Below are positions 7,784-15,442 of a stretch of 32,000 bases of DNA, one piece after another. The position numbers and the translations under genes were made by a program. The notes under the pieces were generated by a model. That model ran no database searches. It was not told the DNA's origin and was given only the letters and a program-made list of their open reading frames with translations. The number at the start of each line of letters is the position of its first letter. Within the stretch, counting starts at the first letter, position 1. This stretch comes from Candidatus Saccharimonadota bacterium (GTDB taxonomy: Archaea; Nanobdellota; Nanobdellia; Pacearchaeales; GW2011-AR1). The stretch is from positions 360,001-392,000 of the forward strand of contig JBAZYG010000001.1 in NCBI GenBank assembly GCA_041659445.1, written 5' to 3'.

Positions 7784-7832
7784 ATATATTCTCTAGAATA
7801 GATTTCTTTTTAAACTAAAATTTAATCTTAAA
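7774..7832 (+). repeat. 59-bp perfect direct repeat, copy 2
   Basis: Identical to 6904-6962, at an offset of 870 bp. TTTTTAAA lies 30 nt upstream of ATG 7837. Confidence 0.95.
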
Positions 7833-7836
7833 TCCA

Positions 7837-8625
7837 ATGGGAAATAATTTTTTTGAATCAAATGAATTAAGAATTTTTTCAAATGCTCGTAAAACTGAAG
7901 GTTTAAAAGACTTGCTCTTTTCTGGAAGAGAATTAATTAGTCCAAGGCAATTAATTTCTATTCAATTAAATTTTAAAAATGAAAATGATTTGATAAAATT
8001 AAGAGAAGAGCAATACGAAACAAAAACAATTAGTTTAAACAAAAGCTGGATAGATTATAAAAGAAACCCGACACATTACTCTTTTGATAAAAAACCAGAA
8101 ATAATTATAATATCCTCCAACCAGATTAAAACTTTGGAAATGTTATGTAACTTCTTTAAGAGTTCTCTATCACAAGATTTTTTAGAAAGATATAATTTAT
8201 TTGAAAAAGAAGCTCTTAAAATTCCAGAAGAAGTTATAAACGAATCTTTAGAAGAATTGGAATATAAGTTAGATAAAAGAATAATTATAAAAAATAAAAT
8301 TTGGAAACAAAAATTCATTGAGTTTATATTAGAGGGAGATTCAAAATTGATTCAAGATTACATAAAATACACAGAAGATATAACTAAAAAGCCATTTTAT
8401 GACAGCCTAAAAATAGAATTCCAAGACAATGCTTTTGAAGCACACCTTTTGAGAATCAATTCTGCATACATTAGCAGATACTGCTTTGATATAAATAAAA
8501 AAAATGCAATAGTTGATCCGTGTTTTGAGTTTGATGATACGAGTAATGGAATTAATTATTTTGGAACAAGATTTATTGGAGTTAGTCAAGAATTCTCTAA
8601 AGAACAAGCTAAAATTTTCGAATGA
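7837..8625 (+). CDS. hypothetical protein (262 aa)
   Basis: ORF track. Long ORF with a leaderless-type promoter geometry supplied by repeat copy 2. No recognisable domain. Confidence 0.55.
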   Translation: MGNNFFESNELRIFSNARKTEGLKDLLFSGRELISPRQLISIQLNFKNENDLIKLREEQYETKTISLNKSWIDYKRNPTHYSFDKKPEIIIISSNQIKTLEMLCNFFKSSLSQDFLERYNLFEKEALKIPEEVINESLEELEYKLDKRIIIKNKIWKQKFIEFILEGDSKLIQDYIKYTEDITKKPFYDSLKIEFQDNAFEAHLLRINSAYISRYCFDINKKNAIVDPCFEFDDTSNGINYFGTRFIGVSQEFSKEQAKIFE

Positions 8626-8671
8626 TTTTCACCACAATAATCCTTATAAATATCTTTAATGATTATTTTTC

Positions 8672-9046
8672 ATGAAAAAAATAGAAATAGAATATGATGA
8701 ATTGTTTAAATTAAAAGAAATTACTGAAGAAGCTAAAAGAGAAATTGAAATTCCTTACCAAGAAAAAAAAGAAGGATTAATAAAAAAAATTTCAAATGAT
8801 TTTGAAAAAAACTTGAAAGAAATAGATATGAACGGTTTTTCAATAAAAGATTATGATGTTTTGATTGATGAATTAAACAAAAACGCACAAGTAATAATTA
8901 AATCAATGAAAAATTCAAAAGGAAAATTAATATTTGACAATGAAATATTAAGAGATATTGGAATTATTTGGTCTCCATTAAAAGAATATTCCGGACATAT
9001 TAGGGAATTTTACGAAAAATATAATATTACATATATCGGATTTTAA
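8672..9046 (+). CDS. hypothetical protein (124 aa)
   Basis: ORF track. TTATAAAT (8644-8651) lies 28 nt upstream of the ATG. Confidence 0.5.
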   Translation: MKKIEIEYDELFKLKEITEEAKREIEIPYQEKKEGLIKKISNDFEKNLKEIDMNGFSIKDYDVLIDELNKNAQVIIKSMKNSKGKLIFDNEILRDIGIIWSPLKEYSGHIREFYEKYNITYIGF

Positions 9047-9111
9047 ATTAATTCTAAAGATTTATAAATAAAATATCTTATGTAATATGCTATAAAATAA
9101 AAGAGGTAAAA

Positions 9112-9897
9112 ATGAACAAACAAAGAAATTATTTAAATGAAGGTGCAGAAGAATTTATAGATTCTTTAAAACCAGGAACAACTCCAAGATTTGAAGATGA
9201 AGAGGAATTTTTTGATATTCTTAAAAAAGATTCTGCAGATTACTTAGATGGAAAAATTAACAGGTTGGAAGATCCAGAATACAAAGAAAAAGATCCTTCT
9301 GAAGAATTTTTATATAATTATTACAAAACAACTAAGAAAAAAGTAATTGAAGTTGCTATCCTTTCTATAGATGTTGTAGATTCAACAAAACTCAGTCATG
9401 TTTTAACTCAAGAAAATTATGCTAAAGTGATTTCAGTAATTTTAAGAGAAATATCTCATATTATTTATAATTATAATGGATATGCTTTAAAATATGTTGG
9501 AGATGAGATTATGGCTTATTTTCCAGGTCCAGATATTAATGGAATGCATGATAATGCACTTTTTTGTGCATATGGAATAAAAAAATACATCTTAAAAATT
9601 TTAAACCCATTATTAAATGAAAGAAGTTTTCCAGAAATAAAATTTAGAATTAGTTTGAATTCTGGAAAAGCAATATTAACTGTCGTCGGACATCCAAATT
9701 CTATGCAACATTTTGATTTAATTGGAGAACCTATAAATACTACAAAAAAAATTCAATTAAAATCAGAAATTAATGCAATTCTTCTTGGAGAATCAACAAA
9801 ATCTTTTACTCATCAATTTTGGAATAGCAAAATAGACCCTATTCTTGTTGAAAATGAAAATAACATTAAAGTTTATAGATTAAATATTTTGGTTTGA
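9112..9897 (+). CDS. class III nucleotidyl (adenylate/guanylate-type) cyclase domain protein
   Basis: The C-terminal ~175 aa carry the class III motif order. These are VAILSIDVVDSTKL (first metal Asp), LKYVGDEIMAYF (Lys + second metal Asp), FRISLNSGKAILTVVG, and FDLIGEPINTTKKIQ (GDxxN-like with Asn). The ~85-aa N-terminal extension is acidic. An SD-like AGAGGT lies 5 nt upstream of the ATG. Confidence 0.7.
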   Translation: MNKQRNYLNEGAEEFIDSLKPGTTPRFEDEEEFFDILKKDSADYLDGKINRLEDPEYKEKDPSEEFLYNYYKTTKKKVIEVAILSIDVVDSTKLSHVLTQENYAKVISVILREISHIIYNYNGYALKYVGDEIMAYFPGPDINGMHDNALFCAYGIKKYILKILNPLLNERSFPEIKFRISLNSGKAILTVVGHPNSMQHFDLIGEPINTTKKIQLKSEINAILLGESTKSFTHQFWNSKIDPILVENENNIKVYRLNILV

Positions 9898-9957
9898 AAC
9901 TAAAAATATATACTTAAGTATAGATTTATTTTTAAATATCTTTTATTAAATTAATTA

Positions 9958-10293
9958 ATGGATGTTAAGAAATTAAAGCAAAAAACAATTTTAGTTCAGT
10001 ATATTAATATAAATGAAGTTCCAGAAAACGGTTTAAAAAGAATGACTTATTTTACGAGCTTGAAAGAAGAACCAGATATTTTTTATTTTGGATTATCTAT
10101 TAGAAAGGGCTCAGAATACTCCAAGGATAATCTAGAGCGTTGGACAAAAGAAGGTAAACTTATTAAATTGACAGAACCGGCAATACTTTCTTTTGAAAAT
10201 GATATTTGGTTAAACCCAAAAGGAAAAATACTTATTTCAAATAGTTATGCTCCTTGGGAAGGAAGTAAAAAAATAATTGGCTCAATTAAATGA
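9958..10293 (+). CDS. hypothetical protein (111 aa)
   Basis: ORF track. TTTTAAAT lies about 29 nt upstream of the ATG. No recognisable domain. Confidence 0.45.
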   Translation: MDVKKLKQKTILVQYININEVPENGLKRMTYFTSLKEEPDIFYFGLSIRKGSEYSKDNLERWTKEGKLIKLTEPAILSFENDIWLNPKGKILISNSYAPWEGSKKIIGSIK

Positions 10294-10321
10294 ATTGTCT
10301 TTCAAGAATTTTTAGTATATA

Positions 10322-10359
10322 CCAAAACTTTATAAATCAATTTTCTTAACAATAATTAT
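10322..10359 (+). promoter_or_regulatory. EF-2 promoter module, paralogous to the rps12 promoter
   Basis: ccaaaactttataaatcaattttcttaacaataattat is 33/38 identical to 4985-5022, with the TATA TTTATAAA at 10329-10336. It implies a leader of about 100 nt for EF-2. Confidence 0.55.
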
Positions 10360-10399
10360 TCTAAATTCATTTTAGATATAAAAACAAACAAAATAAAAA

Positions 10400-10483
10400 A
10401 TGGCAGAAAAAGAACGAATAAATTCATTCAAGGTTCTTCCATTAAATACAAAAATACAATGGCAGAAAAAGAATCAAGCTTAG
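10400..10483 (+). promoter_or_regulatory. upstream ORF (27 codons, MAEKERINSFKVLPLNTKIQWQKKNQA*) overlapping the EF-2 start out of frame
   Basis: Its first 15 nt, ATGGCAGAAAAAGAA, are identical to the EF-2 start. The 16-nt exact repeat is 10399-10414 = 10458-10473. The stop TAG at 10481-10483 lies 25 nt inside EF-2. Confidence 0.5.
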
Positions 10484-12657
10484 ACAAAATTAAGAGATTA
10501 ATTTCAAGTCAAGAAAATATAAGAAACGTCGCTACAAGTGCACATATTCACCACGGAAAAACAGCTTTCACAGATAATTTATTAGCTGCTGCTGGAATGA
10601 TGTCTGTAAAAAATGCTGGAGATTTAGAAGGCGGAATGGCAACTTGGCAACATGCTGATGAACAAGAAAGATTAATGACTGTCGACGCTGCAAATGTTTC
10701 TATGGCTCACACATATCAAGGAAAAGAATATTTAATTAATTTAATTGATACACCAGGTCACGTTGATTTTGGTGGAAATGTTACAAGAGCTATGAGAGCA
10801 ATTGATGGAACTTTTGTTTTGGTTTGTGCTGTCGAGGGAATTATGCCTCAAACAGAAAATGTTTTGAAACAAGCATTAAGAGAAAGAGTAAAACCTGTTT
10901 TATTTATTAACAAAGTTGACAGATTAATCAATGAATTGAAAGTAACTCCAGAACAAATGCAAGAAAGATTTTTAAAAATAATTGAAAAATTTAATTTATT
11001 AATTGATCAAATTGCAGAAAAAGAATTTGCTTCAAAATACAAAGTAAATGTTTCTGACGGAAGTGTTGCTTTTGGTTCTGCAAGAGAAAACTGGGCATTA
11101 TCAATTCCATTCATGAAGAAAAAAGGAATTTCATTCAAAGATATTTACAGATTATACGACGGTTCACTTACTAAAGAAGAAATTGATAAATGGGTTTGGG
11201 AAAATGCTCCACTTTATGAGGTTGTTTTAGATATGGCTGTTAAACATCTTCCAAATCCACTTGATGCACAAAAATATCGAATTCCTAAAATTTGGAAAGG
11301 AGATTTAACAGAAGATTTTGGAAAAGGATTACTTAATTGCGATAAAAATGCTGAAGTTGCATTTGTTGTTACAAGAATTGTGATTGAACCTAAATCTGGT
11401 AAAGAAGTTTCAGCAGGAAGACTTTATTCTGGAACAATCCGAAGCGGTATGGAAATTTATGCTAACAACGAGAAGAAAGCTGGAAAAATTCAACAAGTTT
11501 TAGTTTACAACGGAATTAAACCTGAACAATTAGAAAGTGTTCCAGCAGGAAATGTTTTGGCTGTTAGTGGCTTGAATTTAGAAGTTGGAGAAACAATTAC
11601 AGAAAAAGAACAAACTGCTTTTGAAGAAATAAAACACATTTTTCAACCAGTTATTACAAAATCTGTCGAGCCTGTTAAAACAATGGACTTACCAAAATTA
11701 ATTGAAATCTTAAAAAAAGTTTCAAAAGAAGACCCGTCAATAAAAGTTGAAATTAATGAACAAACTGGTGAGAGCTTGATTTCTGGAATGGGAGAATTGC
11801 ATTTAGAAATTATTGAAAATAGAATTAGAACTGAAAAAGGTTTGGAAGTTAAAACATCTGCACCAATTGTAGTTTATAGAGAAACCGTCGGTAAAAACTC
11901 TGGCAAAGGAATTGAAGGAAGAAGTCCAAATAAACATAATAGTTTTTTCATAAGTGTTGAACCATTAGAAGATGAAATTTATAATGCAATCGACGCTGGT
12001 GATGTTCCTGAAGGAAGAGTAAAGAAAAAATCCCAAGCACTTACAGATGCATTTTCAAAATTAGGTTGGAGCGGAGATCAAATAAGGGATATAAGAGATG
12101 TTTACAAAGGAAATTTATTTTTAGATGATACACGAGGAGAAGTCCATATTGGTGAAGTTATTGAAATGGTTTTGGACGCGTTTGAAATGGTTATAGATCA
12201 AGGACCTTTAGCAAGAGAACCATGTACAAAAATGAAAGTTTCTTTAACAGATATTAAACTTCATGAAGATGCAATTCATCGAGGACCTGCACAAGTTTAT
12301 CCTGCAGTTAGAGAAGCAATTAAAGGTGCAATGGCTGAAGCAAACCCAACAATTTTAGAACCACTTCAAAAACATGTTATAGAAATTCCAGATAGTTTTT
12401 TAGGAGCAATAACAAAATTAGTTGGTAGTAAAAGAGGGCAAATTATAAATATTAGTCAAGAAGGTTTAAATGCAGAAGTTGAAGCAAAACTTCCTGTTGC
12501 TGAAATGCTTGGATGGTCAAGTGATTTAAGATCTGCTTCAGAGGGACGTGGAACAAGTTCATTAAAAGATCAATCTTTTGAAAAAATTCCTTTTTCATTA
12601 CAAGCAGATGTTATTAGAAAAATAAGGGACAGAAAAGGTTTATCTGAGAACCAGTAA
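10459..12657 (+). CDS. fusA: translation elongation factor 2 (aEF-2)
   Basis: 732 aa with GTPase motifs AHIHHGKT, DTPGHVDF and NKVDR. The diphthamide-region motif is LHEDAIHRGPAQV, and the domain IV/V sequence is typical of aEF-2. Confidence 0.97.
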   Translation: MAEKESSLDKIKRLISSQENIRNVATSAHIHHGKTAFTDNLLAAAGMMSVKNAGDLEGGMATWQHADEQERLMTVDAANVSMAHTYQGKEYLINLIDTPGHVDFGGNVTRAMRAIDGTFVLVCAVEGIMPQTENVLKQALRERVKPVLFINKVDRLINELKVTPEQMQERFLKIIEKFNLLIDQIAEKEFASKYKVNVSDGSVAFGSARENWALSIPFMKKKGISFKDIYRLYDGSLTKEEIDKWVWENAPLYEVVLDMAVKHLPNPLDAQKYRIPKIWKGDLTEDFGKGLLNCDKNAEVAFVVTRIVIEPKSGKEVSAGRLYSGTIRSGMEIYANNEKKAGKIQQVLVYNGIKPEQLESVPAGNVLAVSGLNLEVGETITEKEQTAFEEIKHIFQPVITKSVEPVKTMDLPKLIEILKKVSKEDPSIKVEINEQTGESLISGMGELHLEIIENRIRTEKGLEVKTSAPIVVYRETVGKNSGKGIEGRSPNKHNSFFISVEPLEDEIYNAIDAGDVPEGRVKKKSQALTDAFSKLGWSGDQIRDIRDVYKGNLFLDDTRGEVHIGEVIEMVLDAFEMVIDQGPLAREPCTKMKVSLTDIKLHEDAIHRGPAQVYPAVREAIKGAMAEANPTILEPLQKHVIEIPDSFLGAITKLVGSKRGQIINISQEGLNAEVEAKLPVAEMLGWSSDLRSASEGRGTSSLKDQSFEKIPFSLQADVIRKIRDRKGLSENQ

Positions 12658-12808
12658 AAAGATAAACCTCGAAAAATTTTAAGAAATTTTTCTATCCAAA
12701 TCCACACAGTGATTTGAATGAAGCTTTATCTGAAAATCAATAAATGTATTAATTCTTAAGAAGTTACAAAACAGAAAGATATTTAAAGGTTATAACTAAA
12801 ATAAAATC

Positions 12809-13147
12809 ATGGAAGAAATATCATTAAAATCATTCAGAGAACTTTATGAAAAATTCAAAAATAAAGAAATGTCTGAAGGAGAATTTTTAGCAAGATACGA
12901 AAAAACTCTTGAAGTGAAAGAACAAGATGCTGAAAGAATAAACAAAAAATTAAGAGAATATAAAAATCAAATAATTTATTTTAAAGATAACACTTCTCGT
13001 TTAAGAAGGATGTTGGAAACAATAGAAAATAATTTTTTAAGTGTTTTTGAAGAACAAAGAACTTTTCAAATGCCTGTACCTAAAACAGATTTTGAACAAC
13101 AAGTTGAAGATTATCACCGAGCAAATGAAAAATCAGAGAATAAGTAA
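12809..13147 (+). CDS. hypothetical coiled-coil protein (112 aa)
   Basis: ORF track. ATTTAAAG lies about 27 nt upstream of the ATG. The sequence is charged and helical. Confidence 0.45.
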   Translation: MEEISLKSFRELYEKFKNKEMSEGEFLARYEKTLEVKEQDAERINKKLREYKNQIIYFKDNTSRLRRMLETIENNFLSVFEEQRTFQMPVPKTDFEQQVEDYHRANEKSENK

Positions 13148-13189
13148 TTCTTTACAAATCTTTATAAATTAACAATAGAATAATTTTTT

Positions 13190-13669
13190 ATGCAAACTAC
13201 TATAGAAAACCTTAATAAAAAAGATGTAAATGAATTTTTAAAAATTACAGAGAGATATTTATTAGATTTATCTGAATATTCAAATGAAAATGTTTCTAAC
13301 GAAATTGCTAATTTAGAAAAAAATCTTATTAAATGGAGCAAAATTCAAGACCCCCCAAATTTAGAAAAAAACCTAATTGTAATTAAAAAAAATAAAAAAA
13401 TAAAAGGTTTTTTATTTAGAGAAAGTCCGAGATATGATGTTGATTGGATTACACATTTAGGAGTTTCACAAAAAAGAAAAGGACTTGGTAGTCTATTATT
13501 AGAATATGAAATTTCAAACGCAAAAAAACAAGGATTTAGAAAAATTTGTTTGGGCGTTAATAAAAAAAATGTAAATGCAATAAAATTTTATGAAAAATTT
13601 GGCTTTAAATCAATTGGGAATTATCCAAATGAATGTAAAGATGCTTATGCAATGGAAAAAATACTTTAA
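13190..13669 (+). CDS. GNAT-family N-acetyltransferase
   Basis: GNAT motif A ...HLGVSQKRKGLGSLLLEYEISNAKKQGFRKICLGVNKKNVNAIKFYEKFGFK. TTTATAAA (13161-13168) lies 29 nt upstream of the ATG. Confidence 0.8.
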   Translation: MQTTIENLNKKDVNEFLKITERYLLDLSEYSNENVSNEIANLEKNLIKWSKIQDPPNLEKNLIVIKKNKKIKGFLFRESPRYDVDWITHLGVSQKRKGLGSLLLEYEISNAKKQGFRKICLGVNKKNVNAIKFYEKFGFKSIGNYPNECKDAYAMEKIL

Positions 13670-13729
13670 ATTAAAAAGTATATTCTTTAGTACAGTTATA
13701 TTTTTAAAATACAAATTCAATTAATTAAA

Positions 13730-13948
13730 ATGGTTGAAGTGGAAAAATTAAGTGTTGGAGCTCAAATAAAAATAAAACCTGATTCTTGGGGATATTGCTC
13801 TGAAATTCAAGGTAGCATAAATTACCCTTTAATTCCAAAAGCAAATGTTTTAGAAATTTATATTAAAGATAAAAAAGTTCTTGTTCAAGTAGAGGGACAA
13901 AATGAGAAAGTTAAATATTCTATAGATAATATTCTTGAAATTTGTTAA
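13730..13948 (+). CDS. hypothetical small protein (72 aa)
   Basis: ORF track. A TATA-like TTTAAAAT lies about 27 nt upstream. Confidence 0.4.
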   Translation: MVEVEKLSVGAQIKIKPDSWGYCSEIQGSINYPLIPKANVLEIYIKDKKVLVQVEGQNEKVKYSIDNILEIC

Positions 13949-14004
13949 AAATAATAATTAGTTTTGAACATAAATCTTTAAAAATAATTAATCCATGAAA
14001 AAAT

Positions 14005-14427
14005 ATGGAATTTGAAAAATGGAAACTTGAAATTGCATTTATTCATATTTCTTATTTAATTGAGAACAAAACTCCAATAATAGTTGGAAATTCTAAAGAA
14101 TATCTTAAAACAACAAAAGAATATTTTGAAAGTGCAAATAAAAGTTTAGAATCAATGATAAATTTTGATGAATCAAAAGGATATTTTATAACTCCTTTTT
14201 TAAAAAGTATGGTTATTTCATCCTTAAACAAAAACCCAAATGAATCTTCAAATCAAGAAATTATAAAAGTAAAATCAAAAGTGGAAAAAATTTTACAAAA
14301 TTTAGATAAATTAGAAGATAACCCCTTGGGTTTTTGCAATACAAAAGATTCTAAAAAAATGCTAGAATATTTTAAGAAATTCAATTCATTTTTAACAAAA
14401 CCAATTAAAGTTTCAGAGTATGATTAA
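14005..14427 (+). CDS. hypothetical protein (140 aa)
   Basis: ORF track. TTTAAAAA (13977-13984) lies 28 nt upstream of the ATG. Confidence 0.45.
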   Translation: MEFEKWKLEIAFIHISYLIENKTPIIVGNSKEYLKTTKEYFESANKSLESMINFDESKGYFITPFLKSMVISSLNKNPNESSNQEIIKVKSKVEKILQNLDKLEDNPLGFCNTKDSKKMLEYFKKFNSFLTKPIKVSEYD

Positions 14428-14514
14428 TTTTACAATTTCTTGATTTTTTTAATTCTTTGCCCATAAAAAAACCATAAATAAAATGTTTTTAAAGTTTTAT
14501 CTTCTAAGATTTAA

Positions 14515-15060
14515 ATGTTAAACTTAGATATTTTAATAAATTCAAAAATTCCTGAAATATGGAACCCAAGTTTGAACAAATTTATGCTTTTTATTACACA
14601 CATGGGCGGGGGTTTGTTTATTGTTACTCTTAGTTTTCTCATTATAATTTATTTGTTTTATAAGAAAAAATATTCAAAATTAATTTTATTATTTATTGGT
14701 ATCGCTGGTGGAATAATTTTACGAACCTTAATTAAAATTTCTGTTAAAAGAATAAGACCTGAAAATAGTTTAGTTTCTGAAACAGGATATAGTTTTCCAA
14801 GTGGACATGCACTTTTATCTATAATATTTTTCTTACTATTAATTTATATATTTAAAGACGAAATAAAAATAAAAAGTTTGAAAATAATTTTCATTACAAT
14901 AAATATTATTCTTATTCTATTTGTTAGTTTCAGTAGGATTTATTTGAATGTCCACTGGTTTAGTGATGTTTTTGGAGGAATTTTAATTGGGATTGCTTGG
15001 ACAATAATTTCTATATTAATCACGACTAAATTTATAAATCCAAAAATTCTAAAAACTTGA
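14515..15060 (+). CDS. PAP2-family membrane phosphatase (phosphatidic acid / undecaprenyl-diphosphate phosphatase type)
   Basis: All three PAP2 motifs are present: KRIRPEN (KxxxxxxRP), SFPSGHA (PSGH) and SRIYLNVHWFSDVFGG (SRxxxxxHxxxD). Several hydrophobic helices. Confidence 0.85.
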   Translation: MLNLDILINSKIPEIWNPSLNKFMLFITHMGGGLFIVTLSFLIIIYLFYKKKYSKLILLFIGIAGGIILRTLIKISVKRIRPENSLVSETGYSFPSGHALLSIIFFLLLIYIFKDEIKIKSLKIIFITINIILILFVSFSRIYLNVHWFSDVFGGILIGIAWTIISILITTKFINPKILKT

Positions 15061-15434
15061 TGAGTTGGAAAAAAACTTCAAAATGGATGAGATGGGTAAT
15101 TTATCCTTTACCAGTTATTGGAGGATTATTTGCTATCTATGATTTAACAAAACAATATCATGAATCAAAAGAAGAAAGAAAAAAAGGTTTAATTGCAGCA
15201 GATTTCATATTTACAATACCTTTAATAATTAAAGTTGCAGGAACAACAGCATATTTAATTAATGGTGTAGTAACTCACGTATGGAACCCCGCAGAATACA
15301 ATATTGTTCAAATTGCAAAAGATAAAATAAAAAATATAATTAATACAGAAAACCCAATAGATTCAACTAAAATAAATAAATTAGAAAAAACAATAAATTT
15401 TGAAGATTGCGATTCAACAAATTTAGAAAAATAA
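15060..15434 (+). CDS. hypothetical membrane protein (124 aa from ATG 15060)
   Basis: The ATG overlaps the PAP2 stop (TGATG at 15058-15062). Two hydrophobic segments are present: WVIYPLPVIGGLFAIYDL and FIFTIPLIIKVAGTTAYLINGVV. The track's 15057 start is a TTG one codon upstream. Confidence 0.5.
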   Translation: MSWKKTSKWMRWVIYPLPVIGGLFAIYDLTKQYHESKEERKKGLIAADFIFTIPLIIKVAGTTAYLINGVVTHVWNPAEYNIVQIAKDKIKNIINTENPIDSTKINKLEKTINFEDCDSTNLEK

Positions 15435-15442
15435 ACTAATAT

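Noticed and set aside
9112-10293. Complete Pycsar-like two-gene system (cyclase plus downstream effector).
   Set aside because: The downstream 111-aa ORF has its own promoter and no TM helix or TIR-like motif. It also lacks a cNMP-binding signature, with no GELAL or RTA-type motifs visible. Only the cyclase call is supportable.
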